In this document: in pieces, positions 26,032 to 37,660 of the stretch | Layout of the letters: each line of letters opens with the position of its first letter | How positions within the stretch are numbered: the first letter of the stretch is position 1 | DNA from: an uncultured Candidatus Saccharibacteria bacterium | Lineage (GTDB): Bacteria > Patescibacteriota > Saccharimonadia > Saccharimonadales > JAUPVS01 | NCBI GenBank assembly: GCA_964410185.1 | Contig: CAYPFM010000004.1 | Location: 4,134-68,133 of the forward strand | Direction of reading: 5' to 3' | DNA: 64,000 nucleotides | Notes under the pieces: model-generated | Databases searched by the model: none | Told to the model about the DNA's origin: nothing | The model's input: only the letters and a program-made list of their open reading frames with translations | Made by a program: the position numbers and the translations under genes

Positions 26032-26799
26032 ATGCAATTTATAGACACTCACTGTCACATTCAGGAGGATGGCTACGGACTTGACCCAGAGGTGGCCATT
26101 AAGAACGCCAGCTTGGTAGGCGTTGATCGTTTGATTGTGGTGGGCACCACACTGGAGCACAGCCAGTCGGCGGTCACCTTTGCACAAGCCCATGATAAGG
26201 TGTGGGCTAGCATTGGTCTGCACCCGCACGAAGCGCATCATTATGTGAATGACGGCGAAGCCCTCTCTGCCTTTAAAGCTTTGGCTGGCCAGTCTAAGGT
26301 GGTAGCGATTGGCGAGTGTGGCCTGGACTATTTCTACAATCACTCACCGGCCGAGGCCCAAAAAGAGTTACTGCACTTTCAGCTGGCACTGGCTCAAGAA
26401 TACAAATTACCGGTTATTTTTCATGTTCGGGATGCCTTTGATGATTTCTGGCCCATCTTCGACCAATACAAGGGGCTTAAGGGGGTGATTCATAGTTTTA
26501 CAGCTGATACGGCGGTTTTGGAGCAAATCCTGGCTCGCGGTCTCTGCATAGGTATCAACGGCATCATGACTTTTACCAAAAATGCTGCTCAGCTAGCAGC
26601 CGCCCGAGCTATCCCGCTGGATAGACTGGTCCTAGAAACTGATGCTCCCTTCTTGACTCCGACCCCTTTTCGTGGTACTATCTGTGAGCCCAAATATGTA
26701 CGTGTGACTGCCGAGTTTATGAGCCGCTTGAGGAATGAATCTCTCGAGGACATCGCCACGGCTACCACGCACAATGCGGCGCAGTTATTTAAGCTATGA
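26032..26799 (+). CDS. tatD: TatD-family metal-dependent hydrolase/DNase
   Basis: It carries FIDTHCH, GECGLDY and the downstream His/Asp motifs. Confidence 0.9.
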   Translation: MQFIDTHCHIQEDGYGLDPEVAIKNASLVGVDRLIVVGTTLEHSQSAVTFAQAHDKVWASIGLHPHEAHHYVNDGEALSAFKALAGQSKVVAIGECGLDYFYNHSPAEAQKELLHFQLALAQEYKLPVIFHVRDAFDDFWPIFDQYKGLKGVIHSFTADTAVLEQILARGLCIGINGIMTFTKNAAQLAAARAIPLDRLVLETDAPFLTPTPFRGTICEPKYVRVTAEFMSRLRNESLEDIATATTHNAAQLFKL

Positions 26800-27167
26800 G
26801 CAAACACAACCAAGAACGCGCGAAACAACAACCAGTAGATCCTGAAACCAGGCACCTACAGTTGGTTCGGAGTAGCGAGTTGGAACGAGCCGTTGAAAAG
26901 GCGTTTCGTTCGATGGATGAGAATCATCATGGCGCTGCGCTAAAACTTACTCCCCCTCCGGCCGAAAACGTAGTGAGCCTGGATGACTATCGTCAACGCC
27001 AAGCCATGCAAGACAGCCAACCAACCCAGACGCCAGGCGTTGACCAGGAATTTGCTGACAACGTTGTGAGCTTAGCCGATCCCCGCCAGCGTGTTGCCCA
27101 GGCCCTTGCCGAGCAGGAAAATCAGCTAAACACACGGGAGATGTTCGATGCTCCAGAAGCTGCTTAA
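26796..27167 (+). CDS. hypothetical protein
   Basis: Its start overlaps the tatD stop by 4 nt. No motif was recognised. Confidence 0.5.
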   Translation: MSKHNQERAKQQPVDPETRHLQLVRSSELERAVEKAFRSMDENHHGAALKLTPPPAENVVSLDDYRQRQAMQDSQPTQTPGVDQEFADNVVSLADPRQRVAQALAEQENQLNTREMFDAPEAA

Positions 27168-27513
27168 GTCGCTTGGCGACCAAAAAGCTCAAGATCGCCG
27201 TGCCGAACAGTACCGCGAGCTCATTCGTCGTGAGGCAAAAATTGGTGGCCAACTGTTTGGCCCTATTCCGGCTGGGCACCGCCGAGAATTCTTTTGTTTA
27301 GACGAACACACCTGGATCTGGTTTGAAGAATGGACCGATAACACCGGCCAGCGCCAATCACGTACAACACGGTATAACGTGCGACCAAAAGGCATAATCA
27401 AGAACCAGGACGGCCAACCAAGCCGCTACATCTCGCTCGACGAGGCTCGTAATTTGTATCAAGCGATTGAACTATACAAAAAACGCATCGATGCTGAGTA
27501 TGATCTATCTTGA
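27148..27513 (+). CDS. hypothetical protein
   Basis: It overlaps the previous ORF by 20 nt. It is Trp-rich (HTWIWFEEW). No family was recognised. Confidence 0.5.
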   Translation: MLQKLLKSLGDQKAQDRRAEQYRELIRREAKIGGQLFGPIPAGHRREFFCLDEHTWIWFEEWTDNTGQRQSRTTRYNVRPKGIIKNQDGQPSRYISLDEARNLYQAIELYKKRIDAEYDLS

Positions 27514-28633
27514 CTACGCCGCTGCCACGCCACTAGACGAGAAGGTCGAAGCGGCCATGCAGCCCTACTGGCGCCAGAAATTCTATAATCCCTCCGCCAA
27601 CTATTTGTCTGGTCGCGCTGTGGCCGCCGACATTGCTCGTGCCCGCGCGGTGGTAGCTCAGCAACTTGGCGCCAAGCCCAGCGAAATTATTTTCACGGCT
27701 GGTGGGACTGAAGCGGATAACTTAGCTATCAACGGCATCATGCAGCGGTACCCAGAAGCTAATCTGCTTGTTAGTGCTGTTGAGCATGAAGCTATTTTGC
27801 AAGTCGCAACAAACTATAACTGTCAGCAGATTCCGGTTGACGCTCAGGGTACGGTTGACCTTGAGGCCCTGGCAAAGCAGATTGACGACCAAACCGTTCT
27901 GGTTAGTGTTATGTACGCGAACAATGAAATTGGTACAATCCAACCTCTGCGAAAAATCGCTGACCTCATAAAGCAAGTTTTGGCCGATCGACAAAAAGAC
28001 GGTAATAAGCTGCCCCTGTATTTCCATACCGACGCCAGTCAGGCCGCCAATTACCTAGACGTTCACGTCAGCCGTTTGGGCGTGGATTTGATGACCCTTA
28101 ACGGTGGAAAAATGTATGGCCCCAAGCAAACGGGGGCCTTATTCGTGCGAGCCGGTTTGATTTTACAGCCCCAAGTTCAGGGTGGTGGGCAAGAACGCGG
28201 TTTGCGCAGTGGTACCGAGAATGTTGCCGGTATTATTGGGTTTGCGAAGGCACTTGAAGTTGCTCAGTCAACGCGCACCCAGGAGGTCGCTCGCTTGAAC
28301 GATTTGCGAGACCGGTTTGTCTTGGGTCTTAGCAGTAAAATCCCAGCTGTCGTGATTAACGGCAGCAAGCAGCGGTTGCCCAACCTTGTGCACCTCACCA
28401 TCCCGGACACGGATAACGAGCGCGTCATGATGGAACTCGATGAGCAGGGGATTATTTGTGCGGTTGGCTCGGCCTGTAGCGCCAGTAATGACGAACCATC
28501 GCATGTCTTAAAAGCCATCGGTCTCAGCGAATCGAGCGCACAGAGTTCTTTGCGGTTCAGTATGGGTCGCCAAACTTCTTGGAATGACCTCGAAACAACG
28601 ATTTTGGCTCTCCAAAAAATCGTTCGTGCCTAG
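27500..28633 (+). CDS. cysteine desulfurase (class V aminotransferase, NifS/IscS-like)
   Basis: It begins MIYLDYAAATP and carries HTDASQA, a PLP-lysine region GGKMYGPK and the active-site region GSACSA. The start was chosen at the conserved N-terminus. Confidence 0.85.
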   Translation: MIYLDYAAATPLDEKVEAAMQPYWRQKFYNPSANYLSGRAVAADIARARAVVAQQLGAKPSEIIFTAGGTEADNLAINGIMQRYPEANLLVSAVEHEAILQVATNYNCQQIPVDAQGTVDLEALAKQIDDQTVLVSVMYANNEIGTIQPLRKIADLIKQVLADRQKDGNKLPLYFHTDASQAANYLDVHVSRLGVDLMTLNGGKMYGPKQTGALFVRAGLILQPQVQGGGQERGLRSGTENVAGIIGFAKALEVAQSTRTQEVARLNDLRDRFVLGLSSKIPAVVINGSKQRLPNLVHLTIPDTDNERVMMELDEQGIICAVGSACSASNDEPSHVLKAIGLSESSAQSSLRFSMGRQTSWNDLETTILALQKIVRA

Positions 28634-28729
28634 TTATCAATAAACCAGGGGTCAGATGCTTTCCCCAGAAGATGCTTTGCGCTATACTACCCACAAGGCT
28701 ATAAACATAAGCAGGGTGGGCGAAGTACT

Positions 28730-29356
28730 GTGGAAATCTGGTTCATAACTATCCTAGGCGTTATCTTGGTGGCACTATTGGGGCTGATAGTTTGGCTTGT
28801 ACCCGGCTTGACTAAAAAACCAAAAGCAGTCGCCAAACACCCCGCAATTAAGGACTACGATGTCGCCACCGCTAAAGAGGTAGATCGTATTTTTGACGAT
28901 GCGTTCCGCCAAGAACTGCGCAACCGCGGACTGCTCCATTTTGAGAAAATTATTAACGAGAACGCCATGTTCTTAAAGCAGGACCTGCTCATAACAGCCT
29001 CGCAAGTTAATGACTACATGAAGCAGGAGATAAAGCGCACCCTAACAGAGGAGTTCGCGAAGTACGAGACTTCCATTAGTGACGCTAAACAGTTGGCTGT
29101 TGACTCCATCAATAAGACCCAGCGAGCAATCGAAGAGCAGCGCACCATCCTGACCGATCAGATGAACAAACAGGTTGAAATTGGCAAAGAACAAATTATG
29201 GCACGCTTCGAAAGTAACATGGCGGACATCATCAATCACTACGTGATGATCGCCATCGGCGACCAAATTGACCTAAATGACCAGCTGGAATACATCATTG
29301 CCGATCTGGAAGCCAACAAGACGGCAATCATCGAGGATATTAACCATGGCGCCTAA
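28730..29356 (+). CDS. atpF: ATP synthase subunit b-like (single TM segment plus a long helix)
   Basis: It has a GTG start, an N-terminal TM segment and a long charged helical region. It lies first in the atp cluster. Confidence 0.6.
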   Translation: MEIWFITILGVILVALLGLIVWLVPGLTKKPKAVAKHPAIKDYDVATAKEVDRIFDDAFRQELRNRGLLHFEKIINENAMFLKQDLLITASQVNDYMKQEIKRTLTEEFAKYETSISDAKQLAVDSINKTQRAIEEQRTILTDQMNKQVEIGKEQIMARFESNMADIINHYVMIAIGDQIDLNDQLEYIIADLEANKTAIIEDINHGA

Positions 29357-29852
29357 GGCAGCGACCACGGCCGCCGAAATTATTAGCTTGCCACCAACCC
29401 TGATAAGTCGGGTTGATGCCATTCGGCTGGGCCGTGAAGTGGAGGCGATCGGTCATTTTTATGAGCAGCAGGCCCATCATCACACCAAAGGCGAGCCAAC
29501 TAGGCTGAGCCCAATCCTGGAGGCTATTACGGCAGGCAACCAGCTCAATCTTGCTCAAAAAGCTGACCGTACCCGCCTACAAGAGTTCCTGGATGATCTC
29601 AAAAAAGAAGCCCCAACTCTCCACATGAGCTTTGCGGCCGAACCATCCGGGGCTTTTACTGCCAAGCTGATAACGTGGTTGCGTGACGAGATACATCCAC
29701 TAATGTTGCTTGATATTGGCTTACAACCAACCATTGCGGCTGGCTGTATTATTCGTACCGAAAGTAAGTACATCGATTGCAGTATTCGCCAAAACCTCGT
29801 GCAGAGTAAGCCAAAGCTGCTCGAACTGATGCGAGGAACAAAAAATGCCTGA
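29346..29852 (+). CDS. atpH: ATP synthase subunit delta (OSCP-like)
   Basis: It lies between the b and alpha genes. The C-terminal region is OSCP-like. The start at 29346 overlaps the b stop. Confidence 0.6.
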   Translation: MAPKAATTAAEIISLPPTLISRVDAIRLGREVEAIGHFYEQQAHHHTKGEPTRLSPILEAITAGNQLNLAQKADRTRLQEFLDDLKKEAPTLHMSFAAEPSGAFTAKLITWLRDEIHPLMLLDIGLQPTIAAGCIIRTESKYIDCSIRQNLVQSKPKLLELMRGTKNA

Positions 29853-31277
29853 GACGCAAGCGAGCCGGCACTTTCAGCAGCTTGTTAAAAAGGGGCAGCC
29901 CGTCGGTGAGGTTATCTCTGTTGATAGCTTTTTAGTGCGGGTCAAAGGGTTGCACCCGGTTAGCGTGCACTCATTAATCATGTTTGAGGATGGTAGTAAG
30001 GGCTTCGTCCACCATATTCTTGAAGACTTTGTGATTGTTTTGCACCTGGGTGGCGAATCACTTGTGCCCGGCTTGCTGGCGGTAGTGCAGCACGATGAGC
30101 TAGTTTCAAAAGTGGGCAAGGACTTTATTGGACGCGTTGTTTCGGTCAGTGGCGAACCGCTGGATGGCAAGGGCCCCATCGCTGCCGACGCGGTCTGGCC
30201 GGTGTTTAATAAGGCCCCGATGCTTTACGAACGTGAGATGCTCAACGACCAGCTTGAGAGTGGCGTTATGGTAGTCGATGCCTTGTTCCCGATTGTTCGC
30301 GGCCAGCGTATTGCCATTATTGGGGATAGCAAAACCGGTAAAACCACCCTAGGCACACAACTCGCCATTAATCAGAAGAACACCGATATCACGGTGGTTT
30401 ACGCGCTGATATCGAAGCGCCGCAGCGACGTCGATGCCTTGCTGACGCGGCTTGAGGAAAACGATGCACTCAAAAATGCCATTGTGGTAGTCTCCAACTC
30501 ATTCGAATCTCTGATTACCAGCTATCTTGCTCCCTATGTCGCCTGTTCGATGGCGGAGTATTTATGGCAGAAAGAAAAGCGGGACGTGGTGATTATTTAT
30601 GATGACCTGACCAGTCATGCCCAAGCCTACCGCGAAATTGCCTTACTGTCTGGCACCAGCCCTGGGCGTGATTCTTACCCCGGCGATATGTTCTATGCTC
30701 ACTCGAGTTTGCTGGAGCGAGCCGGGCGACTGAGTAGTACACACAAAACCCTGACCTCATTGCCGCTGGTTTTGGCCAACGGTGGTGATATTACAGCCTT
30801 TTTGCCAACCAACCTTATGTCTATCACCGATGGTCAGTGGATTCTGGACATGGATATCTTTCGTGACTCAATTCGCCCGGCTTTGAGTACTGGCCTGAGC
30901 GTGACTCGTGTCGGTGGACGTGGCCATAATAAGCGCCAGAAACAGCTGGCCGCGCAGACCTTTCGGGTTTTGGCGGCCTACCGTCAAGCCGAAGAGTTTT
31001 CACGTTTCGGCACCGAGCTGGCCATTGAAGCAAAACGTGATTTAGCCACTGGTAAACGGCTCCGTGAGCTTATGACCCAAGCGCCAGGCGAGAATTTTAG
31101 TGTGATGAGTCAGCAACTTATGCTCGATATCGTGCTTAACCTGGGCGACAACGAAGTGCTTGATATTCGCATGATGAAGCAGTCGGTCGGCGCTCTAGCC
31201 AGCAAGATTAAGGACGAGCCTGGTTACCAAGCTGCCCTGGAGACGCTCAAGACAAAGAGCCTGATGGGGTTACGTAA

Positions 31278-31281
<4 letters not shown>
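29845..31281 (+). CDS. atpA: ATP synthase F1 subunit alpha (compact, 478 aa)
   Basis: Walker A is GDSKTGKTT, and [14 protein letters not shown] and DITAFLPTN are present. Confidence 0.9.
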
Positions 31282-33442
<2,161 letters not shown>

Positions 33443-33450
33443 GAATTTAT

Positions 33451-33774
33451 ATGACCATACGACAAGACGCTAGTACGGGCAAAATGGTTGATGATGGTAA
33501 GCCCTCGGCGGCAGTATCGCCAGACGCCGAGAACCGGATGCACATCAAGGTCTATTCGCCGTTTCAGACGTATTTCGATGATGTGGCCGAGAGCATTTCG
33601 GGAACCAACGAAACCGGCAACTTTGATATCCTCCCCAAGCATCACAACTTCATAACACTTCTGAGTGCTGGTGACTTAGTGATTCGCACCCCGACCGACA
33701 AGCGAACCATCAAAATCTCTCGAGGCATGATGCACGTTAAGGCCAATAATGTGATTGTTTTTTTGGACGTTTAG
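33451..33774 (+). CDS. atpC: ATP synthase F1 subunit epsilon
   Basis: It follows the beta gene. The motif GNFDILPKHHNFITLL is typical of epsilon. Confidence 0.75.
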   Translation: MTIRQDASTGKMVDDGKPSAAVSPDAENRMHIKVYSPFQTYFDDVAESISGTNETGNFDILPKHHNFITLLSAGDLVIRTPTDKRTIKISRGMMHVKANNVIVFLDV

Positions 33775-33788
33775 ACGCCTGCATAATA

Positions 33789-33842
33789 GTGCCCATTGCT
33801 ACGGCTTCGACCTCGAGGGTCTGCAGATGTAGCAATGGGCAC
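33789..33842. repeat. conserved-core hairpin element, copy A
   Basis: A 13-bp perfect stem (GTGCCCATTGCTA / TAGCAATGGGCAC) encloses the 28-nt core CGGCTTCGACCTCGAGGGTCTGCAGATG. Confidence 0.8.
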
Positions 33843-33904
33843 CATCATCCAGGCTAAACATCCATAACACAAGCAAAGGAAGGGTGGTAAAACAGGGGTG
33901 GATT

Positions 33905-33913
33905 TGCTATAAT
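33905..33913 (+). promoter_or_regulatory. extended -10 box TGCTATAAT
   Basis: It lies 9 nt upstream of the mnmA ATG at 33923. Confidence 0.55.
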
Positions 33914-33922
33914 TTACAACAT

Positions 33923-34978
33923 ATGGCAAAGCAAAAGGCCCAAAAAGTTTATGTCGGTTTGAGTGGCGGTGTCGATAGCTCGGTAACCGCGGCTTTGCTA
34001 GTGGAGCAGGGCTACGAGGTCACGGGCGTGTATATGAAGAACTGGAGCCAAGACCTACCTGGCTTTGCCTGTCCGTGGAAGGACGATTATCAGGATGCAA
34101 AGCGGGTGGCTGTTCAGCTCGGTATTCCGTTCAAGATGTATGATTTTGAAAAACAATATCGTCAAAAAGTTGTCGACTATATGGTGGCCGAATATCAGGC
34201 GGGCCGAACGCCAAATCCTGATATTATGTGCAACCAAGAGGTAAAGTTTAAAATATTTCTAGAGACAGCCCTGGAGGATGGTGCCGATCTAATTGCCACT
34301 GGGCATTACGCACGCACTCGGGAGGGCCAGCTGCTAACAGCCGCGAATGTCGATAAGGACCAAACCTACTTTTTGTACCGAGTCACACAAGAGGCTTTGC
34401 AACATAGCCTGATGCCGATAGGTGACTTTAAAACCAAGGACCAAGTGCGGGCGCTCGCTAAAAAATTCAAGTTGGTCACAGCCGCCAAAAAGGACAGCCA
34501 GGGTATCTGTTTTGTTGGTAAGGTAGGTATCAAAGAATTCTTGTTGCACGAGCTTGGTCCACAAAAGCCAGGCGCGATTGTTGACGAACAAGGAGTTACG
34601 ATTGGCCAGCACGACGGCGCTATCTTTTACACCATTGGTCAGCGGCACGGCTTAGATGTAGGTGGTGGTTTGCCCTACTATGTGGTTGGTAAAGATATGG
34701 ACAAGAACGAAGTTTATGTGACCACCAACCTGGACGATGGCAAGTTGTGGCACAAACAGCTGATCCTTAAAGACGTACACTGGATAAATGGGGCCCCAAC
34801 AGCAAAGAAACTACAAGTCCGAACCCGCTATCGGGCACCATTGGTGGATTGCACCATCTCGGTTTCACCAGACACCGTAGCGGTTTTGCTAACTGATGAG
34901 GTTCGGGCGATTACGGCTGGCCAGTCTGCCGTCTTCTATGACGGTGATCGGGTAGTGGGCGGCGGAATTATAAGCTAG
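33923..34978 (+). CDS. mnmA: tRNA-specific 2-thiouridylase
   Basis: It carries the PP-loop GLSGGVDSS. The length and motifs fit MnmA. Confidence 0.9.
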   Translation: MAKQKAQKVYVGLSGGVDSSVTAALLVEQGYEVTGVYMKNWSQDLPGFACPWKDDYQDAKRVAVQLGIPFKMYDFEKQYRQKVVDYMVAEYQAGRTPNPDIMCNQEVKFKIFLETALEDGADLIATGHYARTREGQLLTAANVDKDQTYFLYRVTQEALQHSLMPIGDFKTKDQVRALAKKFKLVTAAKKDSQGICFVGKVGIKEFLLHELGPQKPGAIVDEQGVTIGQHDGAIFYTIGQRHGLDVGGGLPYYVVGKDMDKNEVYVTTNLDDGKLWHKQLILKDVHWINGAPTAKKLQVRTRYRAPLVDCTISVSPDTVAVLLTDEVRAITAGQSAVFYDGDRVVGGGIIS

Positions 34979-35501
34979 TGATTTGATCGAGATCGGTGAC
35001 AAGCCGATCGCCTTCGACGATAGTTTGGCTAGGAATTTCGAGATCGTAGTTGATCTCGGTTCGGGTGCCAAGCGCAACTTTATCACCAAGACTGGCTCCC
35101 AGTAAGACGATGCTTTCATCGCCAATCTGGCAGTCGCTACCAACCTGTACGCCATGATCTAGCTGAACATTATCACCTACAAGGACGCCAGCACCGATAA
35201 CAACAAAGTTACCGAGGCGCACATTCTCGCCAATCTGCGTACCGGGACCAATCCGCTCGACGTTGCCCACCCGACTCTGATGAGTGAGCGTGATGGTGAC
35301 ACCACGATCGATTGGGCGCTCACCTGTTGCGAATTGCTGTCGTTGTTGCAGCTCTTTGTTTATACAATGCCCGGCAATTTCCCGAACCAGCGCGCGCAAT
35401 AAAAAAGCACTGTCAGTTTGTACTAGTAGGCGATCGGTAGGCCGTTCGAGGCTATCTAAAGAAATAAAAAATCCTTTCGGTTCAACCAGAAAGGACGTCA
35501 T
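34968..35501 (-). CDS. hexapeptide-repeat (left-handed beta-helix) protein, acyltransferase-like
   Basis: It has hexapeptide repeats of the [LIV]-G-x4 type (IGENVRLGNFVVIGAGVLVGDNVQL...). A GGGGAGGA SD lies before the ATG at 35501. Confidence 0.7.
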   Translation of the reverse strand: MTSFLVEPKGFFISLDSLERPTDRLLVQTDSAFLLRALVREIAGHCINKELQQRQQFATGERPIDRGVTITLTHQSRVGNVERIGPGTQIGENVRLGNFVVIGAGVLVGDNVQLDHGVQVGSDCQIGDESIVLLGASLGDKVALGTRTEINYDLEIPSQTIVEGDRLVTDLDQITSL

Positions 35502-35658
35502 GTGCGATATCCTCCCCGGTAAACGGGCTAGGTGGAGCACCTTATCTTTCGATAGGTTGCCGGCAGGTCATCAAGCTAGATCTCTCGCTGCACTCTTTAT
35601 ATGGTTAGGTTGTAAAGGTCGAGATTTAGTATAAACCAATCGTTAATTATTACAAATC

Positions 35659-35667
35659 TGGTATACT
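35659..35667 (+). promoter_or_regulatory. extended -10-like box TGGTATACT
   Basis: It lies 9 nt upstream of the alaS ATG. Confidence 0.5.
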
Positions 35668-35676
35668 CTAACAGAT

Positions 35677-37569
35677 ATGAATGCACAAGAAATTCGCCAA
35701 GCCTACCTAGACTTTTTCAAAAAACAAAGGCACGTGGTAATTCCACGCGCATTGCTGGTGCCCTACAACGACCCAACGACTTTGTTTACTGGGTCTGGTA
35801 TGCAGCCGATGATTCCATATCTTTTGGGGGAAACACACACCGACGGCAAGCGACTCGTCGATAGCCAAACTTGTCTGCGCACCCAAGATATTGAAGAAAT
35901 TGGCGACAACCGGCACACCACGCTCTTTGAGATGCTGGGTAACTGGAGTCTGGGTGATTACTTTAAGGTGGAGCAAATTAACTGGATGTTTGAGTTCCTG
36001 ACGGAAGTCGTGGGGCTCGATCCCAGTAAGCTATACGTGACCTGTTTTATCGGTGCTCCCGAGTATGACATTCCTAAGGACAGTGAAGCCGCCGAGCTAT
36101 GGCAGAAATTATTTGAGTCCAAGGGGCTAAGTAATGGCGTCGCCGACATTGGCTCCGAGGAAGATGGCTATCAGCGAGGCATGAAAGCAGGCGAGCGCAT
36201 TTTTTACTATGATGGCTCAAAAAACTGGTGGAGCCGAAATGGTAATCCCGAAAAAACACCGATAGGCGACCCGTGTGGACCTGACTCGGAAATGTTCTAC
36301 GATTTTGGTATCCCGCACAACCCTGATTTTGGTACACACTGCCACCCAAATTGCGATTGTGGCCGCTTCATGGAGATTGGCAACAATGTCTTCATGGCTT
36401 ATCGCAAAGAGGCCGATGGCAAGTTCGTGCCGCTGGAGAAGCCAAATATTGATCACGGTTCAGGCTTGGAGCGTATTGCTGCTGCTGCCCTCAATGACCC
36501 CGATGTCTTTAAGATCAGCCTGCTATGGCCAATTATTCAAAAGCTCGAGAAGCTGAGCGGTAAAAAATACGACAGCCACACCAGTAGCATGCGTATCATT
36601 GCCGATCACTTACGTGGTGCAACCTTCTTGGCTGTCGATGGCGTAGTGCCGAGCAATAAAGAGCAGGGTTATGTTATGCGTCGCATGGTTCGTCGCGCTA
36701 TTCGTTTTGCCTTTGAACTGGGGATTGAGCAGAACTTCTTACAGGAGGTGGTGCCCGTTATTACTGGCCTGTACGAAAAGGATTTCCCAGAAGTCGAAGC
36801 TGCTCGCGATAAGGTTATCGAAACCCTGGTTCGCGAAGAAAAGGTCTTTCGCCAGACGCTCCGCAAGGGCGTCAAAGAGCTGCAAAAGATGGGCAGCAAA
36901 GGCATGCTCAACGGTGAACACGTCTTTACGCTCTACGATACCTATGGTTTTCCAACCGAGCTAAGTGTCGAAGAAGCGGCTATGCAGAACATTGAAGTCA
37001 GCAAAACCTGGCAAAAAGAATTTGAAGCCAAGATGAAGGAACAACGAGAACGCAGCCAAACCGCCAGCAAGGGCACCTTTAAGGGTGGCCTGGGTGGTCA
37101 AACCCTGCAGCACAAGAAGTACCACACGGCCACGCACCTGATGTACCAAGCGCTGCGTGATGTTTTGGGTGACCACGTCGTCCAGAATGGCTCCAATATT
37201 ACCGAAGAACGGCTACGGTTTGACTTCAGCCATCCCGAAAAAGTCACTCCAGAACAGATTAAACAAGTTGAAGACATCGTCAACGAGCAAATCGGTAAGG
37301 ATCTAAAGGTGAGCTGGAAAGAGTATCCCACCAAGGTTGCTCGCGAAGAAAAACATGCCTTGGGACAGTTTGGCGACCGCTATGGCGACACCGTGAAGGT
37401 CTACAAAATGATTGCCGATGGTGCTGACAAGCCGTTCAGCTTTGAAATTTGCGGTGGCCCTCATGTTGACCACACCCTGCAGTTATTCGAAGACGGCAAG
37501 AAGTTCAAGATTATCAAAGAAGAAGCTAGTTCGGCCGGTATCCGTCGCATCAAAGCTGTTCTTCGGTAA
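35677..37569 (+). CDS. alaS: alanyl-tRNA synthetase, compact form (630 aa) ending after the editing domain
   Basis: It carries FTGSGM, NWSLGDYFK, the editing-domain motif HTATHL and CGGPHV. It ends at GIRRIKAVLR, so no C-Ala domain is encoded. Confidence 0.9.
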   Translation: MNAQEIRQAYLDFFKKQRHVVIPRALLVPYNDPTTLFTGSGMQPMIPYLLGETHTDGKRLVDSQTCLRTQDIEEIGDNRHTTLFEMLGNWSLGDYFKVEQINWMFEFLTEVVGLDPSKLYVTCFIGAPEYDIPKDSEAAELWQKLFESKGLSNGVADIGSEEDGYQRGMKAGERIFYYDGSKNWWSRNGNPEKTPIGDPCGPDSEMFYDFGIPHNPDFGTHCHPNCDCGRFMEIGNNVFMAYRKEADGKFVPLEKPNIDHGSGLERIAAAALNDPDVFKISLLWPIIQKLEKLSGKKYDSHTSSMRIIADHLRGATFLAVDGVVPSNKEQGYVMRRMVRRAIRFAFELGIEQNFLQEVVPVITGLYEKDFPEVEAARDKVIETLVREEKVFRQTLRKGVKELQKMGSKGMLNGEHVFTLYDTYGFPTELSVEEAAMQNIEVSKTWQKEFEAKMKEQRERSQTASKGTFKGGLGGQTLQHKKYHTATHLMYQALRDVLGDHVVQNGSNITEERLRFDFSHPEKVTPEQIKQVEDIVNEQIGKDLKVSWKEYPTKVAREEKHALGQFGDRYGDTVKVYKMIADGADKPFSFEICGGPHVDHTLQLFEDGKKFKIIKEEASSAGIRRIKAVLR

Positions 37570-37660
37570 TTCTCAGCTCACTCACAGCTAGGCTCGTTAT
37601 CCTGTTGTTGAGTTTGAGAGACTTACTTCATACTGGTCACCTAAGATGTTAGAATAAAAG

